Source: Mayamaea pseudoterrestris
Taxonomy: Eukaryota
Assembly (NCBI GenBank): GCA_027923505.1
Contig: BROI01000019.1
Location: 186,001-250,000, forward strand
DNA length: 64,000 nucleotides
Direction: 5' to 3'
Under the pieces are notes generated by a model. It did not search any database. It was not told the origin of the DNA and was given only the letters and a program-made list of their open reading frames with translations. Shown here in pieces: positions 55,329 through 64,000 of this stretch. Position 1 is the first letter of the stretch. Each line of letters starts with the position of its first letter. The translations under genes were made by a program, and so were the position numbers.

Positions 55329-55674
55329 AATTGAACTCAATGAGCCATGCGCTCGCGACAAAAAGGGACTCACTGAGTATTGCAGATCGAGCTGCTGCCG
55401 CTATGACAAACGTTTGTTGCTTTCGTTGCCTTCATGTCGTAGTGATTGCTTTGCTACGGCTTGGTTTGCGCAGCAGGAGGACTGCTTGTAGATGGGACGT
55501 GAGAGGGTGAATTGTCGTCGTGCTGGCATGGAAATTTGGATGGCAAGGGCATGTGTGAATGAAAACTCCCTAATGACTGGGTGGGCTATATTGAAAGTGG
55601 AATGACTGTGACTGAATAGCGCTACGCATCGATACTCACATAGTTAGGTACAGCGCCATCGACAGCCAAAACAG

Positions 55675-55964
55675 TGAGTAGTGAAAGGCTCCGAGAAGCC
55701 TTTCCGAACAAGTACTACCGGTATAAGCGTCAGAGCCTAGGAAGGGGAAGGCCGCTGAAGCCAGGTCGATACCTCAGGATCTTCGAGCCTCGTCCTTCTA
55801 AAGGCCAGTTAAACAACAACAGTCCAGCCGGGACGACGGCCTCAATGGCCACAATCAGCACGATCTGTGCAACCAATACAGTCTACTGTCGTATAAGTTC
55901 ATGTTACCACCGTCTCTAAGCTTTTCGTGACTAGGCCAGGACTCCCACCTCCCAGGTACTAACA
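55675..55964 (+). mobile_element. Probable solo LTR (290 bp)
   Basis: TG...CA ends flanked by a 5-bp direct repeat, AACAG (55670-55674 and 55965-55969); short motif similarities to the LTR at 3135-3671. Confidence 0.6.
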
Positions 55965-56489
55965 AACAGTAAAGCGGTTACGAGTAGGTTACGTTTGTTG
56001 CCGCCGTCGGTTCGCCAGTCGTGCTTTCGTTCTTGGCTTAACCACCAGCCACGACTGTTTTACTATAGCCTGGACATTGGATAGGTGAAACCGTCAACGG
56101 CCTCGCATAAGTGAATGACTCTCCAAGCTGGAGCGCTCCACCTTATGACTGGTGCGTGCGCACTTACCGACGGAAGAGAGTCGCGCGGAATTCCAATTTC
56201 ACTTCAATGAGTCATCGCAAATGAATGACGCCACTGCCAAGTTCAAGCGCACTGCTCATGCCCCCTGGCACTGCGTACTTCTGCTCCTACTGCCTGACGC
56301 GTAGATAGGCGCGCCTGTTACCACGGCGGAAGCAGGCGTCACCATTGTGCCCCTCGCTTTTTCAGACGCGGCGTATCGGGACCGCAGTTTTGGTTGCTCC
56401 TCGATTCATCCTTTCGATTCCCTGATTGCATCCAGCGTCGGCACCTTGAATGACTCATATTAGTTGCTGCTGTATTACATTACATTACA

Positions 56490-59419
56490 ATGAGTCGCCA
56501 ACAACAACAGCAACATGTCTATTGTGGCATTTGCCACGAGCCCTACAATGAGCCAATCTTCCATCCCGACTGCATTTCTCTTTCCGAGTCCATCCGCGAC
56601 GACTTGGAGGATTTAGAGTTTCTCGACAAGCGCATGAACTTTGGGCCTCGACAACATAAACGAACCGCTGCCGCTAGCATTGCAACAACTCCCTTTGCTC
56701 CCAATCTACCAACCCTGGATGAAACCATGCCCGTGGTGAGCGCCTTTGGTGACCGCACCAAGTCATTCACCAGTCGACCATCCATTGAGAAAAAGACGCA
56801 CGCCCTCGAGCAGCGGCGTCGGTCCACGGTGCTCGCCGACATTCGCAAGCGCCGCACCTCCTATCAAACGAACCCACTGTCGCAGCAGCAAGTCGTGGTG
56901 GATGGCCGCGATGTGTTCCAAAAGTACGATCCCGACAAGCCAGCCAACTCGGTGGTGCGATGGAACTTGTTGTGGCTCGTCTTTTGCTGCTTGGCGCCGT
57001 ACCCGCTGTGGTTGACCTTTGTGCCTCATGGAGGATGCAAGCTGTCGTACGAATTGACCATTCTCATGAACGTCATGCTGACGATCAACTTCATGTACAC
57101 GACCATTCTTTGCTGGAAGTACATGTGGCGCATGATACGGGCGTTCAATACGCCATTTTGGCAGGAGCTTGATTTAGAAACACGCAACAAACTGAAGCAC
57201 ATTGTCGTCATGCCCACCTACAAGGAACCAGTCGAGTTACTATGCGAAACCATTAGTTCCATTGCCAATCAAACCGTGGCAGGAAGCATTGTATTGGTGG
57301 TTGGCATGGAGGAGCGAACGCCCGATCAGGAGCGCAAGCGACTGTTGATTCGCGAGCGCTTCGAGCACAAGTTTTGCGCCCTCGTCTTTTCGGTTCATCC
57401 GGCGGGAGTGCCGGGGGAAATACCCGGGGCATGCTCGAACCGAAACCACGCGGCGCGCACCGCCGTGCGGTACATGATTGACGAAGGACTGCTGCCCGTG
57501 GATCCAGTGACAAGGGAGTTGGAGTTTGATTTCTGTACGATATCAGTGTGTGATGCGGATACGACCTACTACTATCGGTATTTTGAAAATTTGTCGTGGT
57601 AAGTGAACGCTGCACCTTGATTTTTTGGAGTGGGAGTGGGAGTGGGAGTTATTGGAGATTACCACGTCTCAATCAATCATTGTCGTTGCGCTGACACCTC
57701 TTGATTCTCATGAGCAGGGCCTTTCTCAACGAGCCGCCAGAGTCACGGTATCAAGTATGCTGGCAATCTCCATTGTTTTACAACATTTCGCTTGACAAGC
57801 GGTGGTTCTTTACGCGCGTCATGGGCATTCTACGGTCCTACTTCATGATTGGGTTCTTGATTGGTGGCAACATTAACACAATGAGTATCTACAGCATGTC
57901 ACTGGGCTTGCTTGTCAAGTCGCAATTCTTTCATCCTGGCTATCAAATGGACGACATAATATACACTCTGAGTGCCATGAGAGCGACGGGTGTACGAATC
58001 AAGATTCGGACCCTTGACATTCCCACATTATCGGGCCCTACATCGGGCGAGAACTTTTTGGCCGAGTTTAATGAATGGGTCATTCAGGCTACCCGCTGGA
58101 CGATTGGAGCTGCCGAGGTGTTTCACTATTTCTTTGTCAAGCTGTTAAAGAGGAATTATTTTCTCCCCGGATTGGCATACTTTTGGTGGTTTGTCTATTA
58201 CTATGGTTATGTCCTCTGCATTTCTGGATTGGTGGCAATTTCGAATCTCATTGCCCAATTTGCTGGCCTGGCACACGAAGAGTACGCGATTGGAACCTGC
58301 AGGCCCTGTCAGAACTGGTTTGGGCTGGAGGATGACTCAGCTTTTTACGCCTGGATTATGCCAGCATTTCTGTTCTTTAACTACGCCATTGTTTTTTCAA
58401 CGGCATTCATCATGGACGCACTTGTCAGTCAGATTCTTGCGCTGGATGAACAAATAAGTCCGCTGCGGAACATTTTACATTGGCTTTCCTCGCAGCTGGT
58501 CCTCTGGGTCTATTGCGTCGTTGAATACAGAGCTGTCATTCGAATAGCTATCTATGGGAAAGACGTTTGCGGTCACAAGGCTTCGGAGAAACATGCATTG
58601 GTTGGCGTCGAAGCGGAGTTTAGCACTCGTGGCGACAGCAATCACGAGGAAGAAATCCCAAAATACTCGTCTCGGTCGAGCACAAGTGCGAAGCTACCGC
58701 GGGTGGATGAAACGTCACACCACGAGGATAGCAGCAATGAGTTTGAAGGCGACACTGGACCGTTATCTTTCTTTCGAGGTTCGGAGCGTCATCCGTCGAG
58801 TAGTTTCAAGGCCGCAATGAGTCAGCAAGTTGGTCGCGGCACCTTTGATCTATCAAATCAAATACTCCTTTTTGAAGAGTCGCAGTCGATGGACGGATCC
58901 AAGCTAAGTGTCACGGACGAAGGCAGTGGAGGAGATTCTAGGGAATCCTCTCGGTCAGTCAACATTTGGGACGAGCAAAGAATATACGAGATTATGAGCG
59001 AATTGAAAGAGACATCGCAGCTGCATACGTTGGGCGATTCTCAATTTAGCTTGCCGTACGATGAAAGGAAAACGGCAAACGAGGGTGGGTACCGAGAGTT
59101 CTTACAAATGGCGGGAGGATCCACTGTTAGGAATGGATTGATTACCAACAAAAGCATTGGCGAAATTATAACCGAGTTGAAAGAAAAGTCCCAGCTCAAG
59201 CTGATGGGGGATTCTCAGTTTAGTTTGCCGTACGACGAATTAAAAGTGGGAAGCGAAGGCGATTACCATGAGCCACCACAAATCTCGGGATGGTCTACTG
59301 CTAAACACGATGAATCTCCACCGAGCGGAGCTAGTGCGAGCGCTTTGGTTGACCAGCCTTTGTCGGATGGGCCTTCAGAAGAAAATCAAGCACGAAGCGA
59401 ATCAATGCATTTCATATAG
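56490..59419 (+). CDS. Membrane GT2-fold putative processive glycan synthase (paralog B); intron 57599-57717
   Basis: Same motifs and identical intron position as paralog A; long disordered C-terminal extension. Confidence 0.85.
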
Positions 59420-59691
59420 GCGCAATGGCACAAGATTCTGCATGCGGCAATGGTTTTTCTAAAAGATTGGCGTTACAAGGAAAACGTAGCTGCGTTTGTA
59501 CCGACGCAGTGGCAAGTTTGGTAGGATACGTACGGGCTAGTTGGTGTCCAGCAATCTGAGCCATGAGAAGTGCCGGCAGCTTCTGATGGAACGATCCATA
59601 CAGGCAATATAACCGGGGTGTAGAGTATTAGTTAATTTAATAGAGTAGATGTATGAGTCTGTCGCTTGTATCAGTCTTTTTCAATGCGCGA

Positions 59692-61086
59692 CTACTGACG
59701 CATATCCTGGCCTCCGTCTCGCGGGCGGTAGTCGTCCACGTCTTCCGGTCGAATGCTGCTCAGTTCCAAAGTACGCAGTCCCAGCAGTTTGCTTCCTCCA
59801 GTCACTTTCCGGTCCACTTGGTATCGAACATTGCCCGGCGTCCAGTCTAAAGTCTTGACCCAGCCCTGGCCGCCAAATGCGCCATCGTCTTGGTCCATGC
59901 GAAACGGGAAGAGCACCGTCGCTCGTCCATCCAAATCCACCAGCATGTATCGACTCGCTTGCTCTTCGTCTATTATCGGAGGAGGATCAAAAATACCACC
60001 TTGAGCGCCAGCAACACCAAACAAAGCGTGGTCTGCCTCCCGGTTGCTGGATTTTCGAATATCTTTGATATTATCAATTCCAATTGGCCAGTCGTTGAGC
60101 GCCTCGCGACAAACCGTCATGGACTTCAAATACAACGGCGGAATCAAATCAGCGACTATTTTCGCTTGCTCCTGCTCGCTATTGGTCAAGACACTGTAGT
60201 CAAACTTGACACGAAATCGCTTTTCTTCAAATTCCAATCCAACTTCGGCGCGATACTCTGAGAACGGACCAAGATGGTTCGTCGTCTCTGCATGCTCAGC
60301 ATCTTTTAGTGGGATAGCAGTGCAGATTGTGTAGGCATTGCCGACGCACATGTTTCCGCAGTCGCCGCGAAAATCCAATGCTGATAGTTGCTCTGGCCAG
60401 TATTTCCTCGATACTACTTGCTTCTCAAAGGCGTGGAGCTCGTCCGAAAGTGGATTGTTGCTTGTTCCAGACGGCGTGACCGCTACCTCCGCGTGACAAA
60501 TGCGTTCAGCGTCGACTGGATAAACAGAGTCCGTTTCAACTCCAATCTTGTATCCCTTGGACACAACTCGAATGGGCCTGGCCGCCTTTACCAATCTTGG
60601 ATACCCATTCTCTTCGTCGGGCACGTCATTTAGAAATGTAGATGTTTGGTAAACAGTCCACTCACCCTTGTACTCGGCGCCTCGCTTGAGTATTTCGGCA
60701 AAGTATGTTTGAAACTGGTACTCATCGTTTCGCCGGCGTCGATCCTCGCGCATGGCTTCAATCTCGGCGTCAACGTTTGTTTCGGATGACGATGGAAAGT
60801 AGTCGTCGCCTTCATCGGCAAAGGCTTGGTAGTCTGGATCATCGTAATTTACAAACTCCAAATCGGGATAATTTGGATCCGCGTATGGATTGTTTGCTTG
60901 ATCATCGTCGTCTGCGTCTTCACTGCCGCTACTGCGTTTCGAACAAAGGACGAATGATGATGATGAATGTAGACAGCTTGACGGCGATGCGAAAAGCGCT
61001 CCTTGGGGTATCAAAATCGGTGCAAATGCATAACATGCATGTAAACCAGACAGTATTGCAATTGAAAGTAGCAGTAAGATTGTCAT
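59692..61086 (-). CDS. Hypothetical plastid-targeted protein
   Basis: Signal peptide ending CYA-FAP (ASAFAP-type) plus an S-rich transit peptide; no family securely recognised. Confidence 0.75.
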   Translation of the reverse strand: MTILLLLSIAILSGLHACYAFAPILIPQGALFASPSSCLHSSSSFVLCSKRSSGSEDADDDDQANNPYADPNYPDLEFVNYDDPDYQAFADEGDDYFPSSSETNVDAEIEAMREDRRRRNDEYQFQTYFAEILKRGAEYKGEWTVYQTSTFLNDVPDEENGYPRLVKAARPIRVVSKGYKIGVETDSVYPVDAERICHAEVAVTPSGTSNNPLSDELHAFEKQVVSRKYWPEQLSALDFRGDCGNMCVGNAYTICTAIPLKDAEHAETTNHLGPFSEYRAEVGLEFEEKRFRVKFDYSVLTNSEQEQAKIVADLIPPLYLKSMTVCREALNDWPIGIDNIKDIRKSSNREADHALFGVAGAQGGIFDPPPIIDEEQASRYMLVDLDGRATVLFPFRMDQDDGAFGGQGWVKTLDWTPGNVRYQVDRKVTGGSKLLGLRTLELSSIRPEDVDDYRPRDGGQDMRQ

Positions 61087-61552
61087 GATGGCAATAAATT
61101 GCTCATAAACAACGATGGATCGCTGCGTTCCAAGGATATGCGAGCGCAATCATCGTCATGGTCGAAAATCTAAAACGGTGCGACGCTTGATGAGTCGTTT
61201 CGCGAACCTTGTCCGACTTCGGGACATAACGTCCACGTTGAAGTCATTGGGGCAATAATAAACAACAGCTGACGTACTTACATCCATGTGCCCGACCGGC
61301 GTGCCATTTTTTCCGTTGCATTTGCGTTCGAAAGATCCGTCCTCCGATTCCACGCTACGTTGCACCATGTGATTGGATCGCTTTCGGCATGGCCTGCCGA
61401 AAAAAGGATTGGCCGGATCGGTGCCGCGCACCTCCACTACTTTGTTGATTGATTCGAGACGGAGAGATTCCAAATCGTCCATCTCGTGCAGTCTTGACAG
61501 TCTCTTGTTAGTCGTTTGGAGTAGCCATTTAACACTCCGCATAATACTGATC

Positions 61553-63739
61553 ATGTTCTCTGCAGGCAAGCAAAAGCTACTGTCTCCATCTCCGCCATCG
61601 TCTCGTAACATTGAACTTGATCTGCGCGCCAAGCAAGACATGGAGCTTGATGCCCTCCGACAGCGGGGTCTCGCCAAGATTTTGAACAAGCACTTTACGG
61701 AAACGACGCGTAAGCTTGCAGCCGAAAAGGCCGCGGCGGATGCGGCCTTGCGTGATTTGGAGCGACGCAAGGCGCAAACAACCGAGTTCACACCATCCAG
61801 CAACAGTGAAATCTCGCCCCTCGATGCTCTCTACCTGTCGGTCAATCAGTGGAGGGCCGAGTGTCGTCGCAAGGAGAAGGAGACTCTTTTGCTGTATCAG
61901 CGCTACGTCCAAAAGTTTGCCAGCGCCGGCTACGTGCAAGTTCCAGGATGCGCGCCACTCACGCCGCCGCGCAGCAACAAGAATCGCGTTCAAGCCACAC
62001 CGCCCACGACGAGCACGGCAGCGTCCTTGACACCAGGATCAACGTATTCTCCTGCTGCTCCAACGCCCGCCAAGACTCCAACTCCAGTTCCAAACTTGGC
62101 AGCGGCCATTGAAAGTACCTTGGAAGACTATTTAAAGTCGGGCGCCATTTCGCTTCCATCCATTGGACAGCTTGGATTGGATGCAACATACGCCAGCGAG
62201 CATGAAAAGGAGGTGCAAGACTTTCGCAACTACTATCGACAGCAGTTGGAGCTTGTGCACTTGCAGGATGATTCGGACAAGCAGCAGCAAGGCAAGCTCG
62301 AAACGACGCCGGAGGAGTTGGAAGGAGAAGTTGAAATGGAGCAGGAGGATTTTTCTGCAAACGCTCCAAACAACTTTTTGCAAAGCATTGAGAATGCACT
62401 GGAAGCAAAGACTCCACAAAAGGCTGGCAAGATTGTTACTCCAGGCAAGGAAGAGGAGGAATCCATTACTGCTGTACAAGATGATGATGACGAAGAAGCT
62501 GACTGCTTCACCCCCATTGACTTTTTGCAGCGAAACAATGACTCGGATTCCGATTCGGTCGTTTCCGGCTTGACCATTAACTCGGCCTTGACGAGAAAGA
62601 TTATCGATGACTGCGAGCGCACCGTCATTACATTCTTTCACGAGGAGCAAGCCTTTGTTCGGCAGCAAATGGAAATGGACGAGCACATGAACGCATCCAG
62701 CTCGTCGCACGTTGGCTCCATGAGCGAGGTTCAAAGCGTACAAATGCAGGCTGCCCTACAAGCGGAAAGCATGGCCAAGCAAATGAAGGAGATTTTGGAA
62801 AAGTTTGAGCGAGACCAGGAGCAGGCGAGTGCGACGGATACTAGTGGCAGCGTTGCAACTTTGCACAAGAGTAAGGAGAGTCGGCCATATCCAACCAACA
62901 ACGACAATGAGGACTGGGTTGTTTTATATGACTCGAACTTTGACCGCGAATATTACCACGAGCGTAACTCTGGTCGTACGCAGTGGGAGCCACCGTTGGA
63001 TGAGGACAGCATTGATTTGATCAGTGGTTCAGGCGAGGACGCCACTTCATCGGGTACGAGTCGTCAGCAGTCGGTCATGCTGGCCGACGCCGAGGTGGAA
63101 CCGCAAGTCAATGCAGCCAGTCGACCCGTTTCACGCATCGCCCTCTATCGCCGCAAGCGCCGTCGCCAGCGTCGGCGCCGCATATTGGCGGCGGGTGTAT
63201 TGATGGGTCTTTGTGCCGTTCTTGGCTCCGTTTGGGTTTATTACAATTCTGACTCAATGATTGCCAAGCGACTCAATATTTTGACGCAGAAGTATGTTCA
63301 GCCTCTGCTGGACAAGTACACGGGCAAAGAAAAGACGGCAGCCATGCTGGAAGAGTTGGCCCGAGAGGAAGCGGACCGCCTTCGCGTCGTCGCAGAGGAA
63401 GAAGAGCGTGTTGCCCGGGCCAAGGCGGAGGAGGAGCGTCGCTTACAGCTGGAACGTGAAGTAGCGGAACGCAAGGCGCGCGAGGAGGAAACCAAGCGTC
63501 TCAAGGCCGCTGCTGCTGCCGAGGAGCAACGACGCAAGAAGGAGCTTGCAGAGGCTGCGGCAGCCGAAAAGGCCAAGAAAGAGGCGGAGCTCTGGATTCA
63601 GCGTCAAGAGGAGGAGCTCAGACGCCCCGTGGGCTGCAACATTCCTTTGGCATACGCCTTTCATGGGAAGTGCCGTCGCTTGGCAAAGGCGAACCCAGTG
63701 TTTGACTTTCAAGGACTTGTAGAATCGATGCTTCAGTAA
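61553..63739 (+). CDS. WW-domain, single-TM, coiled-coil protein
   Basis: EDWVVLYDSNFDREYYHERNSGRTQWEPP (WW); poly-R stretch then TM ILAAGVLMGLCAVLGSVWVYY; E/R/K/A coiled coil. Confidence 0.8.
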   Translation: MFSAGKQKLLSPSPPSSRNIELDLRAKQDMELDALRQRGLAKILNKHFTETTRKLAAEKAAADAALRDLERRKAQTTEFTPSSNSEISPLDALYLSVNQWRAECRRKEKETLLLYQRYVQKFASAGYVQVPGCAPLTPPRSNKNRVQATPPTTSTAASLTPGSTYSPAAPTPAKTPTPVPNLAAAIESTLEDYLKSGAISLPSIGQLGLDATYASEHEKEVQDFRNYYRQQLELVHLQDDSDKQQQGKLETTPEELEGEVEMEQEDFSANAPNNFLQSIENALEAKTPQKAGKIVTPGKEEEESITAVQDDDDEEADCFTPIDFLQRNNDSDSDSVVSGLTINSALTRKIIDDCERTVITFFHEEQAFVRQQMEMDEHMNASSSSHVGSMSEVQSVQMQAALQAESMAKQMKEILEKFERDQEQASATDTSGSVATLHKSKESRPYPTNNDNEDWVVLYDSNFDREYYHERNSGRTQWEPPLDEDSIDLISGSGEDATSSGTSRQQSVMLADAEVEPQVNAASRPVSRIALYRRKRRRQRRRRILAAGVLMGLCAVLGSVWVYYNSDSMIAKRLNILTQKYVQPLLDKYTGKEKTAAMLEELAREEADRLRVVAEEEERVARAKAEEERRLQLEREVAERKAREEETKRLKAAAAAEEQRRKKELAEAAAAEKAKKEAELWIQRQEEELRRPVGCNIPLAYAFHGKCRRLAKANPVFDFQGLVESMLQ

Positions 63740-64000
63740 CTCCTCGGTTTCGCTTACTACCAAATCCCACGAACAGAGCAAAAGCTCGTGCAAAACGAGT
63801 AAACGAATCAGACTGCTAGCAATCAAAGCGCTACCGGTACCACAATGGATCAGCGGAATTATTATATCGTCGACTTTTGCATACCTGCGACGATTATCTG
63901 TGTGTGGAAAAGGCTAATAACATACAAAGTACAGTTAAAATCAAATATAAATAATGATGAGAGTTTCATTTGCTCCGTGCGGTCTCATACTGAATGCGTG

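Noticed and set aside
57626..57650. (GGGAGT)n repeat / G-quadruplex in an intron
   Set aside because: Only three GGG runs; a short microsatellite with no further support.
1..64000. CRISPR arrays, rRNA genes, prokaryotic operons
   Set aside because: None seen; spliceosomal introns and eukaryotic genes occur throughout.

Overview
Eukaryotic, gene-dense genomic DNA, most likely from a diatom. This rests on short (~65-120 nt) GT-AG introns with CTRAC-like branch points, bipartite plastid-targeting presequences (A-F/A-W cleavage motif), and CoDi-like Ty1/copia elements. The window holds about 20 host genes: SCC2/NIPBL, MAK16, an HSF, a nucleoredoxin-like protein, a CYP37-like cyclophilin, XPF, PLAC8, FMT, several glycosyltransferases and hypotheticals. 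It also holds LTR-retrotransposon material: the 3' half of a copia (1-3671), a copia (-) fused head-to-head with a gypsy (+) across truncated 5' LTRs (34222-46953), and a probable solo LTR (55675-55964). Best candidate for an undescribed system: one spliced, apparently plastid-targeted gene (25141-27938) fusing a TrhO-type tRNA U34 hydroxylase to a TrmR/CCoAOMT-family O-methyltransferase, i.e. a possible one-polypeptide U->ho5U->mo5U wobble-modification pathway. Also notable: (1) a glycan-synthesis-like neighbourhood at 47-59 kb with a GT61-like gene, two QxxRW GT2 synthases and a tandem-domain putative GT; (2) in-frame GAA-TGA gag/pol junctions in both large retroelements, suggesting UGA readthrough; (3) a hydrophobic insert between Gag and protease; (4) a PDZ-like domain after a copia integrase. 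All family calls come from motif recognition by eye; no searches were run.
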